Source: an uncultured Candidatus Saccharibacteria bacterium
Lineage (GTDB): Bacteria > Patescibacteriota > Minisyncoccia > Minisyncoccales > UBA10102
Assembly: GCA_964479725.1 (NCBI GenBank)
Contig: CAYZNF010000004.1
Span: forward strand, 12,002-76,001
DNA: 64,000 nucleotides
Reading direction: 5' to 3'
The notes beneath the pieces were generated by a model. It had not been told where the DNA came from, searched no databases, and saw only the letters and a list, made by a program, of their open reading frames with translations. Positions 34,460-43,581 of this stretch are shown here, piece after piece (within the stretch, counting starts at the first letter, position 1; every line of letters starts with the position of its first letter). The translations under genes and the position numbers were made by a program.

Positions 34460-37222
34460 GTGCAAAAAAAATCGCAATCCATTGTCGCCATATTAGAGCA
34501 AATCTCTTCAGGGGTTCGGGTTAAAAAACCATTGCAGGAGATTTTTGATTTGATTGTCCCCCTGACTATACAGGCATTGGAAGCTCAATCTGCGGCGGTG
34601 TGGCTGGTGGCAAAAGAAGGAGATCGGCTTGAACTTGCAGCTTCTTATAATCTAAAAAAAGAGGTTGTTGAATATTTCAAGCCCAAGGAACACTGGCCGC
34701 GTCCCGAAGAGGGAATTGTCGGAAAAGCCTTCGGCGAGAAGCGCTGCTTTGTTGAGAGAAATATTCTGGAGCGGGCAGATGTGCCGGAGGCCTGGAAGGA
34801 GCTTATTAGGCAAGGGGTTTTCGATTTTAAAACCTTGCTTGCTAATCCGCTCCTTATAGAAGACGGCAAGGTTGTCGGAGTGCTCAACCTTTATTTTGCC
34901 GAAGATCGGAAATTTGCCGAAAAAGAATTTAATATTTTGCGCATTATAGCTAATTACCTCGGGACAGCCATCGAAGCCCGCACCCTCTTGGATTCGGTAC
35001 AGCAGAATCGCAACGAACTTGAGGCCGAAAGAGACCAGCTCTCGGCTCTTCAGCAAGCCACGCAATTTTTAAGTATTAGCACGGAAAAACCCCTCTTAGA
35101 AATTCTTAATGAGCTCTTGCAGAATATTGGCAAAGCAATACACGCCAGCGCTATTGCTTTGTGGCGTCCGACTCTCGACGGAAAGCATCTGTATATCTAC
35201 GCCCATCAGGGAATGACAGAAAACTATGTGACGTTATTTAACTCAAGGCCCTTATCTATGACTGGGCAGAATGTTGTGGGGACAGTTGCTTCTACGCGTA
35301 AGCCTTATTTTCTTCCTGATGTGCAAAAATTTCCCTGGAATGAAGATATCGACAAAAAACGCCTCAAGGTGGCGATTTCAGAAAAAGTTCTTTCTATAGC
35401 TAGTTTGCCCGTTGTAGTAAACGGAGAGCTTTTTGGGGTGCTTAATTTTTACTTTACCGATCCGAAGAATTATGCGGCCCAGGAACAGTATATCTTAGGA
35501 GTGGTAAGCAATATTTTTTCGATTGCGATTGGCAACTCTCAATACAGAGAAGAACTTCAGAAAGAACGCGATCAGCTGGCAAAGCTTCAACAGGGTGTTG
35601 AGGCTTTGAGCATCAGCTCTGCAACCTCCCTGCACGATCTTTTACTTAAACTTGTAAACACCGTGGGAGAAGCCGTAAGCACTCAAGCCATAGCGCTTTG
35701 GCGTCCGTCCCAGGATAAAAAGTTTTTGCAGCCCGCCATAGCAAGCGGGCTTCCCGAGGACTATATCGAATCGTTTCGGAAGTATCCAGTGCCCCTTAAC
35801 GCGCAAACAATTGTCGGAGAGGCGGCTTCGCGCCGGGCTCCGGTATTTTCAGGAAACCTGCAAATAAGAAAGCGAAACAAGATATATTCGGACAAGCTTA
35901 TTGAGCGTATGGAGCAAGCGAATATCCACTCGGTGGCAAGTTTCCCCCTTACTATCGAGAACGAGCTTTTCGGAGTATTAAATTTTTATTTTTCCCAGCG
36001 TCGCACCTACACGCCCAATGAACAATACATTCTTCAGGTGGCGGCCAACACCGTTGCTATTGCTATAGGAAACGTGCAGTATCGCCAGGAGCTTGAAGAT
36101 GCGCAGAGAGCTCTTTTAAATATTTTGGAAGATACCGACGAGGCTAAGCGCCGGGCCGAGCAGGAAAGGAATAAGACACAGCTTATCATTACCCATTTCA
36201 TGGACGGATTGATCGTGTTTAATTCGGAAGGAAGGGTTGACTTGGCAAACCCGCGTGCGGAATATCTGCTTTCGGCCACAGCGGAAGAAATGTTTGGGAA
36301 GTCAATAGAGGAACTCGGCAGTATTCCTGCTTTTGCCCCCGTATTGCAGGTGGTCCAAAAACAAGAAGAATCGGTTGACAGGAAAGAAGTTGAGATCGGC
36401 AAAGGGATTACCGTTGAGATTACGACGGTAGCTTTGGGTACGGAAACCGAGAAAGGCGGTACTACTATTGTTCTTCATGATGTTACCAGGGAGAAGCAGA
36501 TTGAACGTTTGAAAACAGAATTCGTTTCACTTGCCGCCCATCAGCTTCGCACGCCCTTGTCGGCAATAAAATGGACATTGCGCATGCTTTTGGATGGGGA
36601 TGTCGGCGCCATAAGCAAAGAGCAGAAGGAATTTTTGGACCGCACTTATACCTCCAATGAGCGGATGATTATGCTTATAAACGATCTGCTCGATGTAACA
36701 AGGATCGAAGAAGGGCGATATTTATACAAGCCTTCGTTTGTCCAGCTGGAGGCAATTGTTGAAAACGCGGTGCGTATGTATAAAGAAGAGGCGGAAAAAA
36801 AGAAGATAACCCTATCATTCGAAAATCCCAAAGAGCGCTTGCCTCATGTTCTGGTAGATGCCGAAAAAATAATGCTTGCTGTGCAAAATCTCATCGATAA
36901 CGCCATTAGATATACTGCCTCGGGAGGGAAAATACGGGTGGGTCTTGAAACAAAGCAGGGCAAGATGCAGGTATTTGTTTCGGATAATGGGGTTGGGATA
37001 CCGGCCGATGAGCAAAAACGCATTTTCCAGAAGTTTTTCCGGGCAAGCAATGTACGTACTCTCGACACCGAAGGATCCGGCCTTGGCTTGTATATAATCA
37101 AAAATATTGTCGAAGCTCATGGAGGAACTGTTTGGTTCGATTCGGAGGTTCAAAAAGGGACAACCTTTTATTTTACTCTTCCTATGCGACAAGAAATGGA
37201 AGAGTTCTTGAAAAAATTTTAG
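34460..37222 (+). CDS. Soluble hybrid sensor histidine kinase: 3 x GAF + PAS + HisKA + HATPase_c (920 aa)
   Basis: Three repeats end in GVLNLYFAED / GVLNFYFTDP / GVLNFYFSQR (GAF-like). The PAS is ITHFMDGLIVFNSEGRVDLANPRAEYLL, the H-box is EFVSLAAHQLRTPLSAI, the N-box is NLIDNAIRYT, and the G-boxes are DNGVGIP and GSGLGL. GTG start. Confidence 0.8.
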   Translation: MQKKSQSIVAILEQISSGVRVKKPLQEIFDLIVPLTIQALEAQSAAVWLVAKEGDRLELAASYNLKKEVVEYFKPKEHWPRPEEGIVGKAFGEKRCFVERNILERADVPEAWKELIRQGVFDFKTLLANPLLIEDGKVVGVLNLYFAEDRKFAEKEFNILRIIANYLGTAIEARTLLDSVQQNRNELEAERDQLSALQQATQFLSISTEKPLLEILNELLQNIGKAIHASAIALWRPTLDGKHLYIYAHQGMTENYVTLFNSRPLSMTGQNVVGTVASTRKPYFLPDVQKFPWNEDIDKKRLKVAISEKVLSIASLPVVVNGELFGVLNFYFTDPKNYAAQEQYILGVVSNIFSIAIGNSQYREELQKERDQLAKLQQGVEALSISSATSLHDLLLKLVNTVGEAVSTQAIALWRPSQDKKFLQPAIASGLPEDYIESFRKYPVPLNAQTIVGEAASRRAPVFSGNLQIRKRNKIYSDKLIERMEQANIHSVASFPLTIENELFGVLNFYFSQRRTYTPNEQYILQVAANTVAIAIGNVQYRQELEDAQRALLNILEDTDEAKRRAEQERNKTQLIITHFMDGLIVFNSEGRVDLANPRAEYLLSATAEEMFGKSIEELGSIPAFAPVLQVVQKQEESVDRKEVEIGKGITVEITTVALGTETEKGGTTIVLHDVTREKQIERLKTEFVSLAAHQLRTPLSAIKWTLRMLLDGDVGAISKEQKEFLDRTYTSNERMIMLINDLLDVTRIEEGRYLYKPSFVQLEAIVENAVRMYKEEAEKKKITLSFENPKERLPHVLVDAEKIMLAVQNLIDNAIRYTASGGKIRVGLETKQGKMQVFVSDNGVGIPADEQKRIFQKFFRASNVRTLDTEGSGLGLYIIKNIVEAHGGTVWFDSEVQKGTTFYFTLPMRQEMEEFLKKF

Positions 37223-37297
37223 GGGATTTAGCCCGAGTTTTGTCGGGGGACTTGCCGAAAATATCCAACATAGTACAATAGTATAAATACCCTTATT

Positions 37298-37663
37298 ATG
37301 AAAAAAATACTTCTGATCGAGGACGAAAAGCTGTTGGCCGACCTTTTGCAAAAAAAGCTGGTGGCGGAAGGATACAGGGTATTTGTAGCTGGTGACGGGG
37401 ACGCAGGTATCCAGGCCGCGAAAGACGAAAAGCCAAATCTTATTCTGCTCGACATGCTGCTTCCGAAAAAAGACGGCATTGGGGTCTTGGAGGGATTAAA
37501 CGAAATGGGTCTTTTGTCCGAAATTCCGGTTATCGTTATTTCTAATTCCGGGCAACCCGTAGAAATTGAACGGGCAAAGGAATTGGGGGTCAAGGATTGG
37601 CTTATAAAAGTGGAGTTTGACCCCAATGAAGTAATAGACAAGGTTAAGCAACATATTTCTTAA
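37298..37663 (+). CDS. Single-domain response regulator (receiver only)
   Basis: KILLIEDE...PNLILLDMLLPKKDG...VIVISN...K; 121 aa with no output domain. Confidence 0.8.
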   Translation: MKKILLIEDEKLLADLLQKKLVAEGYRVFVAGDGDAGIQAAKDEKPNLILLDMLLPKKDGIGVLEGLNEMGLLSEIPVIVISNSGQPVEIERAKELGVKDWLIKVEFDPNEVIDKVKQHIS

Positions 37664-37677
37664 AGCAATCTATAATT

Positions 37678-38043
37678 ATGGTTCGTATTGTGGTTGTTGA
37701 AGATGACAAGTTTTTGAGGGAGCTTATCGTGCAAAAGCTCACAAAGGAAGGGTATGACGTTACCGAGGCTGTAGACGGCGAGATTGGCGTACAGAAAATA
37801 AAAGAAGAACATCCGGACCTTGTTTTGCTGGATCTTATCCTGCCTGGTATAGATGGATTTGAGGTATTAAAGCAAGTCAAAGAAAATCCTGATACGGCAA
37901 AAGTGCCAATCATCATATTATCCAATCTTGGCCAGCAAGAAGACGTTGAGCGCGGATTAAAGCTTGGGGCTGTTGATTATCTTATTAAGGCTCACTTTAC
38001 TCCCGGAGAAATTGTAGAAAAGATACGGACCATAGTAAAATAA
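37678..38043 (+). CDS. Single-domain response regulator (receiver only)
   Basis: RIVVVEDD...PDLVLLDLILPGIDG...IIILSN...K; 121 aa with no output domain. Confidence 0.8.
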   Translation: MVRIVVVEDDKFLRELIVQKLTKEGYDVTEAVDGEIGVQKIKEEHPDLVLLDLILPGIDGFEVLKQVKENPDTAKVPIIILSNLGQQEDVERGLKLGAVDYLIKAHFTPGEIVEKIRTIVK

Positions 38044-38051
38044 AAAGCGCC

Positions 38052-38993
38052 ATGCTTATTGTTTTGTATGGTGAGGATACATACAGCTTGAAGAAAAAGC
38101 TTCGTGCTGTGGTTTTGCGTTATCGCCAGCTCTATCCTTCGGGTCTTTCGATGCGGGAGTGGGATTCTCAATCGGAAGACGCCACGGAAATCAAAGAAGC
38201 AATAGAAGCCCGTTCTTTGTTCGGGGAAAAGAAACTGCTTATTGCAAAAAACCTTATTTCCCATAAGGGGCTTTTGGAATATATAGAACCTCGGCTTGGA
38301 TTGCTGGGTAAGGATAGTGATGTTATCCTTGTTTTTGTTGAAGAGGGAAATATCGAAAAAAATGAGACATTTGAAAAAGTGCGCTCTATGGCGGCCATGG
38401 CTCAAGAATTTCCGCCACTCAAAGAAAGCGCCGTAAAGACATGGCTGCATAAAGAATGCCAAAAATACGGCCTTAAGATGACGCCGTCGGGCGAGGCGGC
38501 GTTGAGCCGTGAAGTTCGGGGAAATCTTTGGCGGCTCGAGCAAGAAGTGCGAAAATTAGCAGCCTTTTCCTTGCCATCAAAAAGCGTTTCTGAAAAAGAC
38601 ATCAAAGCGCTGGTGCATTTTGCTTTTGACCCCAATATTTTCCAAACTCTCGAAGCAATGCTGGGGGGAAATAAAAAAAACGCCCTTGTTTTACTCAAGG
38701 AACATGAACAACAGGGAGAGTCGCCGTTTTATATTTTTTCCATGCTTGTGTCCCAGTGTCGCAAGATGCTTTCGTTGAAGGATTTGTATGACAAAAAATA
38801 TTCCCTTCAGGAAATTGCCAGGAAAAGCAAAATGCACCCCTATGCTCTGAAAAAAGCCCTGGAGCTGGCTTCGAAATTCTCCCTCGCGGATCTTAAAAAT
38901 CTATACGGGCGGCTTTTCAAAACTGACGCCGAAATTAAACTTGGGAAGGTGGAACCCTCCCAAGCTCTCGAGCAGCTGGTTCTATATAGTTAA
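38052..38993 (+). CDS. holA: DNA polymerase III delta subunit
   Basis: 313 aa: MLIVLYGEDTYSLKKKL..., middle LSREVRGNLWRLEQEVRKLA, with the typical size and pattern of holA. Confidence 0.65.
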   Translation: MLIVLYGEDTYSLKKKLRAVVLRYRQLYPSGLSMREWDSQSEDATEIKEAIEARSLFGEKKLLIAKNLISHKGLLEYIEPRLGLLGKDSDVILVFVEEGNIEKNETFEKVRSMAAMAQEFPPLKESAVKTWLHKECQKYGLKMTPSGEAALSREVRGNLWRLEQEVRKLAAFSLPSKSVSEKDIKALVHFAFDPNIFQTLEAMLGGNKKNALVLLKEHEQQGESPFYIFSMLVSQCRKMLSLKDLYDKKYSLQEIARKSKMHPYALKKALELASKFSLADLKNLYGRLFKTDAEIKLGKVEPSQALEQLVLYS

Positions 38994-39253
38994 ACTGATT
39001 TTGCGGGGAAATGCGAAAGGCGCGACTTGTTGCGCGAAGCGGTATTTTTCTTTATGACTCCAAGCTTTGCCGCTTTGTCGAGTATTTGATAAAGGTGCGG
39101 CGCAAAAGTTTTTGCTTCTTCGTAATTCTTTTTGGCGATGAGCGATTTCATCTTTTTGATCGCTTCTTTTACCTCTCGCCTTGTCTTGAGGTTATGCACC
39201 CTTCTGCGCTCACTTTGGCGAAGAGCTTTTTTTGCTGATTTTGTAATAGGCAT
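38990..39253 (-). CDS. rpsT: 30S ribosomal protein S20
   Basis: MPITKSAKKALRQSERRRVHNLKTRREVKEAIKK... Confidence 0.9.
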   Translation of the reverse strand: MPITKSAKKALRQSERRRVHNLKTRREVKEAIKKMKSLIAKKNYEEAKTFAPHLYQILDKAAKLGVIKKNTASRNKSRLSHFPAKSV

Positions 39254-39267
39254 GACAAAATTATTAG

Positions 39268-41226
39268 CTACGTACGCTTTTTAGTAATAGCATCTTTTTG
39301 TTTTTTTATCAAGTCCCGTATGGCAGCCGCCCGCTCAAAATCGAGTATTTCTGCGGCTTCTCCCATTTCTTTCTCTAAAACCCTTATATCTTCCACTCCT
39401 GCCAGTTCTGCCAGGATTGCTTCTTTTTTCTCTCCCAAAGCCCAGGAGCGTATAGATTTTACAATGGGTTGGGGGGTAATGCCATGGGTTTTATTATGGG
39501 TTTCCTGGATTTTCCTGCGCCGTTCCACTTCGCCTATGGCGGCTTTCATCGAGCCTGTAATTTTATCTGCATATAAAATAACCCGTCCTTCGGTATGTCT
39601 TGCCGCCCTGCCCATTGTTTGTATAAGAGTAGTTTCGTTGCGAAGAAAACCTTCCTTATCCGCGTCCAATATTGCCACTAGAGCTACCTCGGGAAGATCG
39701 AGCCCTTCCCGCAGCAAGTTAATTCCTACAATAACATCAAATTCCCCCGCCCGGAATTGTTCCAAAATGGCCGGACGCTCCAGTGTTTTTACTTCAGAAT
39801 GCAGCCATTTGCTGGAAATACTCTCTTGTTCGAAATATAAAGAAATTTCTTCGGCAAGGCGCTTGGTAAGGGTTACTACCAGTGTCCTTTGTTTTTTTGC
39901 CCGAACTTTTTTGATCTCACAGATAAGATCCTGGATTTGTTTTTCTGTCGGTTTTATTTCAATGCTGGGTTCTAAAAGACCCGTGGGGCGGATAATTTGT
40001 TCGGCGATATTTTTTCTCCCTGCTTGCTCTTGCTCCCAGTCTCCTGGCGTGGCCGAAACATACACAAGCTGCGGGGCGCGCTTTAGGAATTCGGGGAATG
40101 CCAAAGGACGATTATCGATTGCCGAGGGCAAACGGAAGCCAAAATCAATTAAAGATTGTTTCCTTATTTTATCTTGCACCGACATTGCCCGTATTTGGGG
40201 GAGGGTAAGGTGGCTCTCGTCCACGATGACCATGAAATCTTTGGAAAAGTAATCCAGCAGGGTAAATGGAGGATCTCCAGGTTTTCTGAATTCAAAGTGC
40301 CTGGAGTAGTTTTCAATGCCGTGGCAATAGCCTGCCTCCTCAATCATTTCCAAGTCGTACTGTGTTCTTTGCTCCAGGCGTTGGGCTTCCAAGAGCTTCC
40401 CTTGCGATTTTAATTCCGCCAGGCGTTCTCCCAATTCTGTTCTGATATTGGCCATGGCCAGGCGCATTTTTTCTTCCTGGGTTACCCAAAATTTGGCTGG
40501 ATATAACCGGTAGGTGGCAAGATGAGACACAAATTCGGGATCAAAGCCTGGGTTGGCAATTGAAAGCCTTTCGACTGTGTCGCCAAAAAACTCCACTCTT
40601 ACTATTTGTTTTCCAGTTACCAAAAAAATTTCCAAAGAATCTCCTCTCACTCGAAATGTGCCCGGGACAAAATCAATGTCATTTCTCTGGTACTGGAGCA
40701 TAGTAAGGTGGGCAAAGAATTCCTTTCGCTTTATTGCCTGTCCCGGGCGTATATCAAAAGAAATTTGCTGATAATCTTTAGGATTTCCTATGTTGTATAT
40801 GCAAGATACCGATGCAACAACGATGGCATCGGAGCGAGAAAGGACATCTTGAGCCGCTTCGTGCCGCATCCTGTCTATAGTTTCGTTTATCTTTGCGTCT
40901 TTTTCTATGTAGGTGTCTGTTTGGGGAATATAGGCTTCGGGCTGGTAATAGTCGTAGTAGGAAACAAAGTAATGGACAGAATTATTCGGGAAAAATTCCT
41001 TGAATTCCTGGTAAAGCTGGGCCGCCAATGTTTTGTTGGGAGAAATAACCAGGGCCGGTTTTTGCACGGCTTCAATAACCTTTGACATGGTAAAAGTTTT
41101 GCCAGATCCGGTTACGCCCAAAAGCACCTGGTGGCGGTTGCCAGATTGTATGCCGCGGGTAAGCTGTTCTATTGCTCGCGGCTGGTCGCCTGTAGGCTCA
41201 AATTTGGAAACAACCTTGAATTGCAT
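39268..41226 (-). CDS. uvrB: Excinuclease ABC subunit B
   Basis: FKVVSKFEPTGDQPRAIEQL, GVTGSGKTFTM, DESHLTLPQ, GRAARH, and a C-terminal UVR domain FERAAAIRDLI. Confidence 0.95.
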   Translation of the reverse strand: MQFKVVSKFEPTGDQPRAIEQLTRGIQSGNRHQVLLGVTGSGKTFTMSKVIEAVQKPALVISPNKTLAAQLYQEFKEFFPNNSVHYFVSYYDYYQPEAYIPQTDTYIEKDAKINETIDRMRHEAAQDVLSRSDAIVVASVSCIYNIGNPKDYQQISFDIRPGQAIKRKEFFAHLTMLQYQRNDIDFVPGTFRVRGDSLEIFLVTGKQIVRVEFFGDTVERLSIANPGFDPEFVSHLATYRLYPAKFWVTQEEKMRLAMANIRTELGERLAELKSQGKLLEAQRLEQRTQYDLEMIEEAGYCHGIENYSRHFEFRKPGDPPFTLLDYFSKDFMVIVDESHLTLPQIRAMSVQDKIRKQSLIDFGFRLPSAIDNRPLAFPEFLKRAPQLVYVSATPGDWEQEQAGRKNIAEQIIRPTGLLEPSIEIKPTEKQIQDLICEIKKVRAKKQRTLVVTLTKRLAEEISLYFEQESISSKWLHSEVKTLERPAILEQFRAGEFDVIVGINLLREGLDLPEVALVAILDADKEGFLRNETTLIQTMGRAARHTEGRVILYADKITGSMKAAIGEVERRRKIQETHNKTHGITPQPIVKSIRSWALGEKKEAILAELAGVEDIRVLEKEMGEAAEILDFERAAAIRDLIKKQKDAITKKRT

Positions 41227-41248
41227 GTATGATAGAATTAATCTAGTA

Positions 41249-41382
41249 GAAAGCTAAAGTAGCTTTCTCGGCACAAGCCTTGTGGAGCACGCATAATTTT
41301 CTGGTGAAAATTTGCTCCGTCCCTGCCTGCCGGCAGGCAGGTCGCGCCGCCGCGCTCCGAAGGACTCCACAAACCTTATGCC
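41249..41382. other. Highly structured GC-rich intergenic element (unassigned; possible ncRNA or repeat)
   Basis: Hairpin gaaagcta-aag-tagctttc (41249-41267). An 18-nt closing helix pairs 41270-41287 with 41365-41382 at 15 of 18 positions. Inside are aattttc-tggt-gaaaatt (41295-41312) and the perfect 20-nt palindrome cctgcctgccggcaggcagg (41322-41341). Confidence 0.4.
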
Positions 41383-41405
41383 TTCGACGCTATATTACTT
41401 AGAGT

Positions 41406-41966
41406 ATGATTTCTTATTTACAAGGAAAAGTTATTTTTAAAGGCAAAGACTGGCTTGTCGTAAATGTCCAGGGAGTCGGCTACAAAGTATTTGCTTCAGA
41501 GCCGACTATTGAAAAAACTTCTGTGGGCCAGGCAATAGAGCTGTTTTGCTTCTTGAACGTAGGGGAAGGCGTGTTGGATTTATATGGATTTTTGTCCCAG
41601 GAAGCTTTAAGCTTGTTTGAAACTCTCAACGATGTCCAAGGCATTGGCCCCAAAGCCGCCCTTGCCCTGTCTTCTCTTGGTACCATAGAACACTTCAAAA
41701 AAGCAATCGAGGCTAGGGATGAACGATTCTTCTCCGGCATAAAAGGCATTGGCCAAAAAAAGATGCAAAAAATCATGCTGGAGCTTACCGGAAAACTGGG
41801 TGATCCTTTGGCTAGGCGGGGGGGTGCAAAAGATGAGGCTGTTGAAGCATTGGTAGGTCTTGGATTTCAAAAGAGAGACGCGGAAAACGCGCTTTCCCGT
41901 GTTTCTTCGGATATTACTGCAGAAGAACGCATAAAAGAGGCTCTTAAACTATTGGGTGGAAACTGA
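41406..41966 (+). CDS. ruvA: Holliday junction DNA helicase RuvA
   Basis: MISYLQGKVIFKGKDWLVVNVQGVGYKV..., HhH GIGPKAALALSS and GIGQKKMQKI. Confidence 0.9.
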   Translation: MISYLQGKVIFKGKDWLVVNVQGVGYKVFASEPTIEKTSVGQAIELFCFLNVGEGVLDLYGFLSQEALSLFETLNDVQGIGPKAALALSSLGTIEHFKKAIEARDERFFSGIKGIGQKKMQKIMLELTGKLGDPLARRGGAKDEAVEALVGLGFQKRDAENALSRVSSDITAEERIKEALKLLGGN

Positions 41967-41994
41967 AAAACTCCCGTGATACAGTGGAACTACC

Positions 41995-43284
41995 ATGAAA
42001 GCGCTAATTAAACGGCTCATCCCAAAACAATTTTGGGGCTGGTATCATTTTTCTTTGGCTTTGCGGGGGGCTATCCGATATGGTTTTCCTTCAAAAAAAC
42101 TCATAGTCATTGGTGTTACAGGCACCGACGGCAAATCTACTACAACTGAAATGATAGTAAGGGTGCTAAAAGAAGCTGGCTATAAAACAGCTTCCACGTC
42201 TTCTGTTTGGTTCCAAATAGGAGACGCAAAAGAGAAAAACCCTTTGAAAATGAGCATGCCGGGCAAGTCTTTTCTCCAAAGCTTTTTGGCAAAAGCGGTA
42301 AAAGAAGGATGTACCCATGCCGTGCTCGAGGTAAGCTCGGAGGGTATTCTCCAGCACCGCCATCGTTTTATTGATTTTCATACGGCCGTATTTACCAATA
42401 TTTACCCAGAACATATTGAAAGACACGGCTCCTTTGAAAAATATTTGTCAGAAAAGCAAAAGCTTTTTCGCGCGGCAAAACAAGTGCATGTCATAAATAC
42501 AGACGACAAAAATGCCCCCCAGTTCCTTAAATTTGGGGCAAAGCACGCCTATGGTTTTGGGTTTGGAGAAAAACAAAAATATTCCGAAGTCGAAAAATAT
42601 ATACGGGCGGAAAGCGTAGAAGATACAAAAAACGGGGTGCGTTTTTTGGTAAACGGAACGCAATTTCAGCTCCAGCTTTTGGGGTGGTTTAACGCCATGA
42701 ATGCCTTGGCGGCAATTTGCGTTGCCGACTCTCAAAATATTCCCTTGGCAAAAGCAAAAACCGCTTTGGAAAAAATGGATGCCATGCCCGGGCGTATGGA
42801 GGTTGTTATTCGAGAGCCGTTCACTGTTATCGTTGATTATGCAGTAACTCCCGAAGCCTATGAAAATTTATACAAAGCCGCGCGGCAATTATTCCAGCCT
42901 CGAAAAATGATTGCGGTGTTTGGCGCGGCAGGAGGGGGGAGGGATACATGGAAAAGGCCTTTGCTTGGGAAGATTGCCGCGGAATATTGCGACGAGATTA
43001 TTTTGACCAACGAAGATCCTTATGATGAAGATCCGCTACAGATTTTATCGGAGATAAAATCTGGAATTACCAATACCCAATTTCCAATGACCAATGTCTT
43101 GGAAATCTTAGATAGAAGAGAGGCGATACGAAAAGCCCTGTCTATAGCAAAAGAGGGAGACGTAGTTGTGCTTACCGGCAAGGGGAGCGAAGACGCTATT
43201 GCTGTTGCCGGAGGAAAAAAGATTCCTTGGAGTGAACGAGGCGTTGTTGAGGAGGAAATAAAAAAAATTGGAGCTGGAACGTAA
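41995..43284 (+). CDS. Mur ligase family protein (MurE-like UDP-MurNAc-tripeptide synthetase type)
   Basis: VIGVTGTDGKSTTTEMI (Mur ligase P-loop), HAVLEVSSEG, DYAVTPEA, NEDPYDEDP. Confidence 0.7.
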   Translation: MKALIKRLIPKQFWGWYHFSLALRGAIRYGFPSKKLIVIGVTGTDGKSTTTEMIVRVLKEAGYKTASTSSVWFQIGDAKEKNPLKMSMPGKSFLQSFLAKAVKEGCTHAVLEVSSEGILQHRHRFIDFHTAVFTNIYPEHIERHGSFEKYLSEKQKLFRAAKQVHVINTDDKNAPQFLKFGAKHAYGFGFGEKQKYSEVEKYIRAESVEDTKNGVRFLVNGTQFQLQLLGWFNAMNALAAICVADSQNIPLAKAKTALEKMDAMPGRMEVVIREPFTVIVDYAVTPEAYENLYKAARQLFQPRKMIAVFGAAGGGRDTWKRPLLGKIAAEYCDEIILTNEDPYDEDPLQILSEIKSGITNTQFPMTNVLEILDRREAIRKALSIAKEGDVVVLTGKGSEDAIAVAGGKKIPWSERGVVEEEIKKIGAGT

Positions 43285-43294
43285 GTTCCAGCTC
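43271..43294. terminator. Shared hairpin at the convergent ends of the Mur ligase gene and the minus-strand minigene
   Basis: gagctggaac-gtaa-gttccagctc gives a perfect 10-bp stem. It is flanked by aaaaaaa on the plus strand, which reads as a T-run for the minus-strand transcript. Confidence 0.65.
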
Positions 43295-43448
43295 AAACCA
43301 TGTCATCCGGGACGTCCTGGAGATAGACCCATGCGCGCCTGTCTCCGCCAGGCAACACATGGATCCTTTCCAGCCTGTACTCTGTGGGTGGCGTCGGGGG
43401 AACGGGGGGCTTTGGTGGGGGTTGTTTTCGGTCCTTCATCCACAACAC
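43293..43448 (-). CDS. Hypothetical proline-rich miniprotein (51 aa; not in the ORF track), 63% GC cassette
   Basis: Manual translation gives (GTG)MLWMKDRKQPPPKPPVPPTPPTEYRLERIHVLPGGDRRAWVYLQDVPDDMV. AAGGAGG (43455-43461) lies 6 nt upstream of the GTG. It has its own consensus promoter and terminator. Confidence 0.5.
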   Translation of the reverse strand: MLWMKDRKQPPPKPPVPPTPPTEYRLERIHVLPGGDRRAWVYLQDVPDDMV

Positions 43449-43472
43449 GACGCACCTCCTTTATTTATGCTA

Positions 43473-43501
43473 ATAATATAGGTATTCTGATGAGTTGTCA
43501 A
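43473..43501 (-). promoter_or_regulatory. Near-consensus sigma70 promoter of the minigene
   Basis: The minus strand reads TTGACA-actcatcagaataccta(17)-TATTAT. Confidence 0.6.
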
Positions 43502-43581
43502 GAAGCTCTGCTGTGGACAATTCCGGGGAGACATGCTATAAGTGAGAAGCCAGCATATCTCTAAAAATTGTTTGAAATTGT

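Noticed and set aside
39320-40252. 310-aa ORF on the + strand
   Set aside because: It lies entirely antisense to uvrB, is low-complexity and Ser/Arg-rich, and looks like a shadow ORF.
41270-41382. SRP (4.5S) RNA or 6S RNA
   Set aside because: I found no GGAA/GNRA-capped domain IV motif with the conserved AGCA/GGAA internal loops. The length and helix layout do not resemble 6S. The identity is left open rather than assigned.
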